64,000 bases of DNA from Eukaryota sp. GEM-RC1 (lineage: Eukaryota). The first letter of the stretch is position 1. Every line of letters starts with the position of its first letter. Positions 50,200 through 60,525 of the stretch are shown here, in pieces. Where the stretch lies: the NCBI GenBank assembly GCA_040285855.1, contig JAUFOQ010000001.1, positions 124,001 through 188,000 on the forward strand, in the 5' to 3' direction. The position numbers and the translations under genes are program-made. A model generated the notes under the pieces. The model saw nothing but the letters and a program-made list of their open reading frames with translations, was not told where the DNA came from and did not search any database.

Positions 50200-50511
50200 C
50201 ATTATCCTATTAAATTAGTTTGGTGGAAGGGAAATGAAAGCACTTATCCAACACTTGCTAGCATCTTCTTTGATTATTGTTCAATACAGGCATCGTCTGT
50301 ACCATGTGAAAGACTCTTTTCAGTGATGACAATTAGTGCTGCTGTTTGACTAATATATCTAAATACAATTTTGTTCAGTAAAAACAGATTCAATGAAATG
50401 TATTGGGTAAAAACAGCTAAATCCGATCGAATTGTTCGAATCGGATTCAGATTTCGATCAGTCAGATTCGGATTGGATCGGATTTGAGACAAAAAATTCG
50501 ATTCCAAGGTA
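50200..50511 (+). mobile_element. hAT 3' end remnant
   Basis: WWKGNESTYPTLASIFFDYCSIQASSVPCERLFS, followed by CGGAT/GATCG subterminal repeats at 50420-50500. Confidence 0.8.
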
Positions 50512-51054
50512 TACTATTAATACATACGGCTATCAGTTTAATGCAATACAAGGTTCCTATCACACGTATCATACCCTCTACAACAGATTTTACCTTCGTT
50601 CCATAACAAGTGAATCTTGTATTTTGGACCAATTGAGTAAACAGAAATACTATCTATGCACCGAAATCAAAACCATGTGGTTCGTAGCACTGCTTTGGTT
50701 TACATTTTGAGAAGCAAAACCAATCCAATTCAATTCATTACCTTGCCTGATTAGAATAACTAAATCGTAGTACATGTTTCTCTAATCAATGTAATTGTCG
50801 ACTAAACAACGCAAAGAAGTGTGTTCACACCATTATTAAATATAGACACTGTTCTTCAATACAAGAACATCCAAACTAGTTTTGAATAATACTGGTTTGA
50901 ACTTTCGACCACTACTTTTCAACATGAAAGTCCATTTTGATAACTAATTCTGAAATATAATCTGGCTCCAAGGGATGAGAATCCTCTGACCACATGAATT
51001 GCTTTTGCCTGCTTTAATCCGTCAATACACCTAGGTCTAGGAATTCCACGACGT

Positions 51055-51226
51055 TAACACTGCTTACGATTACTCTGTTGCCACATTGTAGGAACATCAA
51101 TTTCGGCACTGTTGTAACATAACAGTTCAAACGTACAAGATCTTCAATCAGAGGTAGAAACGTAACAGAAGCAGTTATCTGGCAAAGAAAAGCTTGCATT
51201 TTGGTCTAGATTTGTTTGTCAGTCTC
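51055..51226 (-). pseudogene. MAD2: MAD2 (HORMA) 3' fragment
   Basis: KQI*TKMQAFLCQITASVTFLPLIED, then after a frameshift CTFELLCYNSAEIDVPTMWQQSN; diverged direct repeat of 53850-54005. Confidence 0.8.
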
Positions 51227-51227
51227 A

Positions 51228-51631
51228 ATATTGTATTATGGTATTCTAGAAAAGACTCTGTTCAACAGAGTCTGTTCCCGCTCCAATTAGCAAAAGTTGC
51301 CCGGTATTTCTGTTGTATTCAGGCCACTTCAATTCATGCTGAACAACTTTTTTCAAAAGCAAATACAGTGGTTACGTCAAACCGTTCACGTATAAATGGT
51401 GAAATTATACAGGGCCAACTATATCTGCAATCGTGGTACATATTGAAGCTTTAGCTGTGGTGATAGTCTATAGGTTTTAAATTGTTTGCTCTTCAATAAA
51501 GAGTTTATTTATGATTGATAATGGCAGTGGAACAATTAGGGGATATTGATAAACGAAATATATGTACTTAAAAGATGGCCACCTATTGCTTCACAACGCG
51601 TCACGACGCGTCGCGCTATTTGACATCCCTA
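51228..51631 (+). mobile_element. hAT 3' end remnant
   Basis: LAKVARYFCCIQATSIHAEQLFSKA...RSRI...LQSW; terminal TTGACATCCCTA (reverse complement TAGGGATGTCAA) with ACGCG repeats. Confidence 0.75.
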
Positions 51632-51722
51632 TTTATTAGCAACTGTACATTCAACGTTAAGAACATAGAAACGAATATATGGTACAAGAACAGTGCAACA
51701 TACTGAATAATCAATCTCTGGG

Positions 51723-52170
51723 TAGAGCTGTCAACGGCTTGAACCATATGATTTGGCTTGTACAACTTCAAACTGGCTTGGTTTTGGCTTGAGCCAAAGT
51801 GACAAGTCCTCTTGAAGCCGAGTCAAGTTCATTTTTTTCGGCTTGAACAAACAAATCTTTTGGAAATTGTTTCTATTGATGAAACTCATCAAAACTACTG
51901 TCGTGTTAGTACAAAGGTGGATGAACACCTCTACAGAATGAGCAGATCCATCGTTTCCGTCATCATTACAATCAACTAATTCACAGCCATAATTAAGCCA
52001 ATCCTTTAAGCATTTACGAAGTTAAAGATGCGTCAGCAAATGATGAACTTTTTTTACACTTGATATGGACAGCAACGGAAAAACTCTTTCACAGCGAATT
52101 GAAATTATTGGAAAGATCAGGAAATTTCTGCCAAAGTAGGATACTCTTTACTGTGCAATTTCCACTATAC
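51723..52170 (-). mobile_element. hAT 3' end remnant
   Basis: TIR TAGAGCTGTCAA at 51723, GGCTT repeats, minus-strand WKLHSKEYPTLAE..IRCERVF..CLKDWL; 51880-51930 resembles 26392-26442 of the first hAT. Confidence 0.75.
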
Positions 52171-52432
52171 AAGCGGACATGATTAGAAGTTCCGACGCAT
52201 CGATGAAATTTGGCTTTAATACTTCATTGAGCAGATCTTGCAGTTGGTAGTTTGTACTAATGCTTTCTGGTGTCACTGGCTCTCTACAAGAAGGACATGT
52301 CTGCGACAGGGACAACCAATAGGTAATACAGGAAGTACAGAATGAATGACCACAAGGACAAACTGCAGGAACACGTAAAAGCCCACTACATACCGCACAA
52401 AGAAAGCTATCAGGATGGTGAGACGTTGTCAT
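52148..52432 (-). pseudogene. C3HC4 RING finger 5' gene fragment, truncated by a hAT remnant at ~52170
   Basis: CAVC..CPCGHSFCTSC..W..CPSCR, then NYQLQDLL. Confidence 0.8.
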
Positions 52433-52466
52433 TGTGAACTAAGGGGTTAAAATGCGATTCTTTTAA

Positions 52467-53411
52467 GGGTAAAATTCATTTATACTCATTTCACAAATCA
52501 TTATTTCACACATACTCAAATTGAAATCAGAAATTCAAACCATACTCAATCTGTACTCAGTCAATATCCACATAAAACTCGGCTTCTTCAATCTCACTGT
52601 ATTTCTTATAACCACTGTTGTATCATCATGACACAACATGTTATAACTTGTTCTGGCATGACTTCATCGCATGTCCCTTCTTCATACAGACACTGCACAT
52701 CCATATCATCATCGATCCTTCCTTCTTGACCTCTAACTTTCAGTAACTCGTGACCCTTCTTCTGCTTTTCAATTGTAGGTTCTACCTGTTGCTCGAACGC
52801 ACTACAATTTCAGACATATCACTTCAATAGAGTGTTTCGATGTTCTGCACCAATAAACTCTTCTAGTGGTACTTTCAGAGCAGGATCAACGGCAACAGAG
52901 TGAACACACGGGGCTTTGTTCTCCTGCCACTCTTTACAGGAACAACTGCTGTTGGACAAGTTAACGAAGCAACAACCTGAAAAGCTGCTGGTGCTCTTTC
53001 ATCTTCTGGTACGTTTTTATCCAAAGTGGGTCATTTTCTTACCTTTGTTGAATCTTCCATTCATTTTGGTCATCTGATAGATTTTCTACGAATTGTTTCC
53101 AATAAATTGATCGTTCTTCTATTTTATAGATTTATAACCCAGGGCAGCTTTAATCCAGGAGTAGAAGCGGACAGTTTCAATGTACACGGGTCTTCTTGGC
53201 ACTGTTCGCTGTAGCGCTTCGGTGCTGTTATACCTCTTCGTTCATACTTTAGTAAAGTCCTCATCTACAGCTTGTCTTAAGATACCTTTGGATGCTAAGG
53301 TAGCTTCTTGTATGGGAGTCATTATAGTGTGAAACCGTCATGAATTTTTGATTTCATCTTGAGCATGTGTGAATTATTGATTTGGGAAATGAGTATATTT
53401 GACATTTATCC
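52467..53411 (-). mobile_element. Mutator-like element (MULE), internally deleted
   Basis: 9-bp TSD TTCTTTTAA (52458-52466, 53412-53420); ~70-bp imperfect TIRs starting GGGTAAAATTC / GGATAAATGTC; SWIM finger CSCKEWQENKAPCVH (~52900-52945) and knuckle CSVCMKKGHAMKSC (~52655-52698). Confidence 0.9.
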
Positions 53412-53755
53412 TTCTTTTAAATCACCTTGTGCTAGCTATAAGTTATTCGGTCACAGACCTGTGTTCTCATGTTGAAGCTCTTTTATGCATGTCCAAAGTA
53501 CCTACAACATTCTGTAATGAAGACTGTACAGTGTATTCAATAAAATTCCCTTCTTAAAACCATTCTTAAGAAAACACACAAGGAATAATTCAGGTATACA
53601 ATCCTACCTAAACACAATAAGGTGTTCTCGAACACTACGAACAAATATAAGGAATCAAATCGATTATTAATATTACAACAGGGACTGAATAAGAAACACG
53701 AACAAAGGTAGTTACAAGTAAACACCTACACGACGGCAACTCACCAAATATTATC

Positions 53756-54342
53756 TTATACTTTAAACGCAACTTCAGTTTGTACCTTATGAACAGAGGT
53801 ACTGAAGGATCTCAGTTTAACCTGCTCGCTATAATCAATGTACTGTGGATTACTCTCTTGCCACATTGTAGGAACATCAATCTCGGCACTGGTGTAACAT
53901 AAAAGTTCAAAAGAACAGGGATCGTCTATCAGGGGTAGAAACGTAAGAGAAGCAGTTATCGGGCAACGAATGGCTTGGATTTCGGTCTGGATTTGTTTCT
54001 CAGTCTTTTTAATTGTGATTTAGGAAGAGGAGGATGTATCAGCATCACCATTGAAAATCCATCGTTCAAGAGTAGTTTCATTCACAGCAGAGCTTATAGC
54101 AACAACAGGTTGTTGAAAACATCCAGTAGATAGCCATGATTCGACTTGGTGTACAACTTGTGAGAGAAAGTCTTGCAGGGAAGTATCAGGTTAAGACCGT
54201 ACTTTTTCTCTGGTTGGAACAGATGAGGTGGGTACAAAGCTCTTTGTTAGATGATATAGTGTATAGCATAGCAGAAGAACTCAGTAACGATCGCTACGGA
54301 TCCTTTTATGCTGATTGCACTTTAAGTTGATACGGAAGCCAT
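53756..54342 (-). pseudogene. MAD2: full-length MAD2 (HORMA domain) pseudogene
   Basis: SIKGSVAIVTEFFCYAIHYII*QRALYPP..KKYGL / TLERWIFN..KQIQTEIQAI..ITASLTFLPL..VPTMWQES.P..VKLRSFSTSVHKV; three in-frame TAA stops and one frameshifting deletion. Confidence 0.88.
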
Positions 54343-54448
54343 GAAGTTATGGGTTACGTTTGATACACTCTAAATGATGACCATTTGAAGTGAAGAATGT
54401 GAAGAGAAAGTTGTAACTAGAAGAAGTTGTCAAGATCAGATTCCAAAA

Positions 54449-56990
54449 TAGAGATGGGAGTCGGCTAAATTTAGCCGGCTCAGCCGGCTAGCCGAGCCAG
54501 CCGGCTGTCCCAAATTGGAAATATTTCCAGCTGCAAGCCGGCTGGCTCAAATAACTTTTAGCCGGCTCAAGCCGATTATTGAAATTTCATTTTTGACAGC
54601 TGAAATATTTATAATTCGTTCATGAATTGATACAAACATAACATTGCAGGACATTAAATATTAAAACTAAAGAATTTCTATAAAAATAATCTTTATCAAC
54701 ATTAGCACAATAATCAGCAGTTTACATTCTTCACATCAATTTGCAATGGACATTACTTTGGTCTCTGACAATGAAGAACCTATAGAAGTATCTCAAAGCA
54801 ACTCTTCCAACGACATAGTTTCCTTAGAACTCCTCAAGCCTCTTCCCAAAGATATTGCTCCTTTCTTCCAACAGGCGGCCAAGAAACTCCCAAATGGTGA
54901 TATAGAAGTGCGTACTGAAACCATCGAATGTAAATTTTGTGTCTCTAAGCGCTACAAGTCATCGACAGCCACAGGTAACTTGCGTTCTCATGTGAGAAAG
55001 CACCATAATAAGCTCTATGAATCTGAAGTTCCTCCCCTTAAAAAGAGTCGACAAATAACTGAATATCTTCAGCCAACAGAACGCTCCTTCAAAAAAGATC
55101 CAAGTGGAGTAATTCCTCTCATTGTTGATCATATTCTTGCTGATCAACATCCATTGTCGTACATTGAATCTCCAACTCTCTTGAAGATCCTTCAGTTTTA
55201 CGAACCGTCTGTGAGTCTACCGTGCAGAAAAACGATTACGGATACGATATTGAATTTATTCGCACAAAAAAAGTTATTGCTTCAAGAAACGCTGGCACTT
55301 AACACTTCGAAGATGTCTCTTACGTCCGATTTGTGGACTTCAAATAATGGGACACCCTATATTTCTGTCGTAGGCCACTACATTAATGACGCATATGAGC
55401 TACTTACATGCACTCTCGATATCTCTTACTTGCCTTTTCCGCATACCGCAGAAATGATTTCAGCGAAACTGAACACCATTATTGCTGATTATGGGCTTCA
55501 AACCAAGACACAATCATGGACAACTGACAATGCTGGGAACATTGTGAATGCAGTTGATTTACTGAACGAAAGGTCTGAAAATCAGCGATGCTTTGCTCAT
55601 GTTTTAAACATCATGGTCCAGAATGGATTGCCCTTTATACAAGCCAGTATACTTAAGATTCAAAAATTGACGTCTAAAACCCATATGTCCAGTTCATTGA
55701 ATGAAAAGCTCAAAACTTGCGCCAAAGACACAGGCAAAAATTTCAAAGAATTCCCTCTGACGTTCCTACTCGCTGGAATAGTACATATCTCATGCTAAAA
55801 ACGTATCACGACCAGTTGGCTATCATTAATTACTTCTTACAAAATGAGCAAATTACTGAACTAATATTATCTGACTTTGAAACAGTAACATTGTCAAAGC
55901 TGTTGAAACTGTTGAAACCATTCTATGATATCACAACCGATCTTTCATCTGCATCTGACGTGACAATTTCCCATACAATTCTGTATTGGGAAACCATAAA
56001 AGAAGTGCTAGATGTTGAAATTGCCAAATTTGGCCAAGGAGTACTAAACAGCAATTTGGCAGAATTGGAGAATATTCGCCGGAAGTCAGACCTGCACAAA
56101 AAGATGCAGGAATTGAGTGAGGTATATCCAAACAAAGTAACCGGTTTTTGTAGCATCTTTATGAAGAAAATCATTGCTAAGTACGATGCCAATGTACTGA
56201 ATGACACGACCAAGATTGCAACTGTGATGGATCCGTCTATCAAGTTAAGTCCTTTAATGTGGCCAACGCATGTGAACTTGCAGGAAGTTAGACATCTGCT
56301 ATTAACACGCCTTCAGGAGGAGTATAGCAGTGAAAATGGAGGAAGAGAAGTGAGAAAGAAGACCAAATCCTTCAGAGCTAAGCTTAAGATCATCAAAGAA
56401 TCTGTGTCCCAGAACAGTACCACAGATGAACGTTCTGACTCTGAGGATCTATCAGTTGAAAAGGAGTTAGATACGTATCTTTCTATGTTTTCGGCCGAGA
56501 ATGACAATCCCTTAGATTGGTGGAGAGTAAACTCTGAAAACTTTCCTCTGATGAGCAAATTTGCAAGGGATATGTTAGCTGTTCAAGCGACCTCCGTTAG
56601 TAGTGAACGATTGTTTTCACAAACTGGTAACGTAATAACTAAGAAGCGTTCCCGGTTAGATGACACCACGGTAACTGCATTAATGTGTTTGCGGTGCTGG
56701 CTTTTGAACGAAGAAGATCAGAAAGACGATGAGTAGAGTAGCGATAATTGAAGAATAGGGTAGAATTTATGTATAACAATAATGAACCACATAAAACAAA
56801 TCTATCAAAGAGAAGACACTGAAAGCATATGCTTTGACAAAACAGTTAAACAATAAATCTACATCAAACTCATTGCGGCTGAGCCGGCTAAAGCCGGCTT
56901 GAGCCGGCTAAACTATGTTGGAAGCCATAGCCGGCTAACTAGTACCTGCAGCTGAGCCGTGAGCAAAATTTGAGCCGGCTCCCATCTATA
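54449..56990 (+). mobile_element. full-length hAT DNA transposon (2542 bp)
   Basis: TIR TAGAGATGGGAGTCGGCT / TATAGATGGGAGCCGGCT (16/18); 8-bp TSD TTCCAAAA (54441-54448, 56991-56998); palindromic AGCCGGCT subterminal repeats. Confidence 0.95.
54746..56736 (+). CDS. hAT transposase of ~660 aa, single -1 frameshift at ~55745
   Basis: BED finger CKFC..LRSHVRKHH, SLTSDLWTS, TTDNAGN, RCFAH, DVPTRWNS, WW..FPLMSKFARDMLAVQATSVSSERLFS. Confidence 0.92.
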
Positions 56991-56999
56991 TTCCAAAAG

Positions 57000-58128
57000 C
57001 AGTGTTGTGCCATGACGGCCATTACTGCCATGCGTGCCATGCGTCCATAGGCGCATGGCATTTTCTTATTATGGCCATGTTGTTATGGCGTGTTAACACG
57101 TGTTGTTATTCCAACAATGACACTGGACTATATGAGCATGTACAGTAGTTCTATGATACGTATACTTAAAGAATGTTATGTATTAAACATATATAAAGAG
57201 CTCTAATAGTCAGAATCGCTGTCCATAATGTGTTCTGTCCATCTTTGTTTCATAAGACCAGCTTGTTTCTGGAATTTGGAAGTAGAGTGCACATACACTA
57301 ACTTCCTAGCTCTTTTGGTTGTGAGCCGGTGCCTTCTGTTTGAGTGAATAAAAGAATAGGAACTTGACTACACAGGCTGCTGTACCATTTGATTTCCACC
57401 ATGTAACAGGAGTAAGAGAATCATCAAAATCAGAACTCGATTCAAATTGATTGTGAAATGAATTGTATGAGAACAGAATTGCAATTACAAACCAATAATA
57501 CATACTGGGATATATCGATATGTGTTCATTTACGTAATATCTACTGACTTGGTTGGATATCGAAAATATTGCCAAAGCGCCATGCGTCCGAAAGCCATGA
57601 CCGATAGGCCATCGGCGCATGGCATTTGAAAATTCAGTTATAACACTGATAAAAAACGTTTAAACGTATTTTGAAAAAAACGACATTTTTTTATTGTCAA
57701 CGTTAGTTTTAATCTGGATTGATACAAAAAGCACGACTTTCTACTCCACTTTTGTCTATCTATGATTATATAAAGTACAGTTTTTCTGACTAAAGAAGAC
57801 TGAGACTCTTTGGTTCTGTATTTGAGTGAACCGACCTTCAAGTACACTCGGAAATTGTTCTTACTGCACAGACTATGATATCTTCCCGCCTTGTCCACGT
57901 GATCACCGTTAGAGCATAAAACATTTTTTCCAAGCCTGGTCAAGATTATAGTCTGTTCTGTCAGGTTTAGTTATCAATGGAGTCTATAATCTGCATATTT
58001 ATTATCATGTCACAGAGTGTCAGGTCAATTACAGATTCATACCGGTAGTCGAAATGGTCATGGCAAAATCAGAAAATGGCATAAACATGTGGACGTATGG
58101 ACTCCCCCATACGTGCATGGCAAACACT
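57000..58128 (-). mobile_element. decayed hAT-like element(s) with GCCATG subterminal repeats
   Basis: CAGTGTTGTGCCA at 57000 and TGGCAAACACT at ~58118-58128; CCATG/CATGG clusters at 57005-57080, 57575-57625 and 58050-58122; PVTWWKSNG remnant at ~57385-57411; no clear TSD. Confidence 0.55.
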
Positions 58129-59349
58129 TGCCCAACACAGGTCAACTCTCATTCTGACAATGTTTGTTTATGGAGCACCAAACACAATGCTGCTTTGTTA
58201 TGATAGTTATAATGTTGTTGAGCCAAATGACCATTATTCTCCATCATATACTCAGTATCCTTCACTACAAAGGAATCAACAGTGATCAGATGCTAGTACT
58301 GGGTTTAAACGACTCAAAATATGATCATGAAGAGTCACATGACTTCTGAACTTAAAGTCTAAGCTGTTTTGTCATTCCAATCTTGGAAAGGGCAAAGACA
58401 ATTGTGAAAAACATAAACGAGAAAATTTGACACGCTGAAATCGTATTGAAAAATTTATTGGAACGACAACGCAAAGTGAGATCTGGTTGATGCAAATGTG
58501 AGGACCTAGTGAAAAGTTGAACTGAACTTTTTGAACGTCTTTTATTAAATTGGAATAAAACGTATAATATTGTTTCGTATAATTTAAATAAATACAAATA
58601 AAATGTTGGGCAGTTTGTCATTCCCTTCGTTTGTCATGCCCTTTGGAATTTTAGTTTGATGATTGTTCCTGCTGTGGAAATCGCTTTAGGGGAATCTGTA
58701 GCTGAAATGTATTCTATTGTGGTCATCGTCATTTTTATTAGGTTTCTGTTTTTCTTTAAACGTTATGTTAAAGGTAGAATTGAACAATTTGAAAGAGTCG
58801 CAAAAAAGCCAGTGAATCTTGAGTCTGCAGTTTAATTTCTTGATAAAATTGTTGACTATCTGCAATTTTGGGCTTGTAGACTGTATATTGGAAAGTAATT
58901 AAGTAAAGTAAACAAGACCAACAGTTCAACTCAGTTCGACGATATTTTATTCTCTTCAAATTTAGACTGCACCAACAGTTGAACATCAACATCGTTGTTG
59001 ATATCTACTTCTACAGATCGAAATACGTGCTATTACTGATACATCGCTATTGTTTATAGCCCTTCTCTAATCATTTGTGAATGAAAAATTCGTAATTCAT
59101 ATGGAAGATAAAAGGTTAGGGATCATTGTCCTATAAATTGATCAGGAACAAACTGGTCCATTTCAGTTAATATACGCTAAATATATTCAGTTGAGTGAAA
59201 ACAGTATTCAAATCTCATTGTTGTTGCAGACTAAGCTAAGATCGATGAAGTCAAGATCAATATATCGATATGTTCTGAACCCACACACTAGTACATCAAA
59301 TGTAATATATAATATTTCCATCAATAAACTGTTTTTTAATATATAATAT

Positions 59350-60334
59350 TAAAATCTTGATTCTGTCATTCAAAACCTATCTGCTGACATTTGGAACAAG
59401 TGTTTTCCTAAGTCAATCTCTTCTATTCCTGATAGGTCAATCGAGTTTCTACATTTATCTGTGGTAAAATTGCAAAATTGTGTTTTACATGGCTTAGAAG
59501 ACTTGGATTTTTCTAAACGTCTTAGTATTACTAAGGTAAATAATTCCGTCTTTGCTGCTTTTCTTTTGGATTTAAAAAACTGTTCATCGTTTATTACTCA
59601 ACAGCCTAGACCTTATGGTCTTCGTCTCAACAATGAGGCTTGGAAACCTAACATGCGTCTTCGCTTAGGTCTGTGTCCATCTGAATTGTTAGATAATACT
59701 ATGTGTTGTTGTGAAAAGAGACCCAAAGCTTACTTCAGACACAGTGTTAGTTGCAAAAATTTCTTCAGTTTAGATCGATTTTACACAATGCTGTTCGTGA
59801 CGTTACGTATGAAATGTTTAAATGTCATGGGTTTAATGGGAAAATCGAACCTCTTCTTAAACATTATAGTGATGATAATATTACCATTTCTCGACGAGGT
59901 GATCTCATTGTTCCATATCTTGATTCTTGTCAAGCTGTGCTAGATTTTACTACTGTTGATCCATGTGCTAAAGTATATTTGAATTCAGTTTCGAGTGATA
60001 CTGAAAATCATTTATCCAAAGCTGAAAAAGAAAAATTAGTACATATTCTGACACAATGATCAAACTGAATTCCAATTTGTATTCTTCTTTTAAGTTCATT
60101 CCTTTTGCTATTTCAATTCTTGGTAATATTGGATTTGCTGCTGAAAAATTCTTTGATGCCTTTTCAAAGTTGTGCCGTGACCATAGGAAAAATTTTAATC
60201 AGTCTATTTGGCGCAATCGCATTGTTTTTTCCTTATATAGAAGTTTTCCAAAGTATTTGAATCGTATTCTGGACAAATTGTATCGTGGTAGTTCAAGAGT
60301 AGATGTGAATCATTTAATATCTTTTAACTACTAG
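59350..60334 (+). mobile_element. CRE-like non-LTR retrotransposon 3' part (Zn knuckle + restriction-like endonuclease), frameshifted
   Basis: RLRLGL..CCC..H..SC..LHNAVRD..KIEP..RRGDL..AVLDFTTVDP..AEKEK..FIPFAISILG.IG..A. Confidence 0.8.
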
Positions 60335-60525
60335 TTGTTTGTATTTCGTTAATTTATAACATAGAATTTATCAGTATAATACTATGTTTATGACAAATTA
60401 AGACAATGAGTTCAATCGAAACAAGAGTGAGCAAACACGTGTTGGTACGTGTTGACACGCTTTCAAAATTCTTAACATCAAGTGTTTGGTCACTTTCGGT
60501 TATTTAACACTCCATTTTTAGAGTC

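Noticed and set aside
53756..54342. TAA/TAG-to-Gln genetic code suggested by in-frame TAA in MAD2
   Set aside because: One TAA sits at a conserved Tyr position and the copy also has a deletion. Intact genes (STE24, RRM, hAT) end at TAA/TAG at the expected C-terminus, and their long ORFs lack internal stops.
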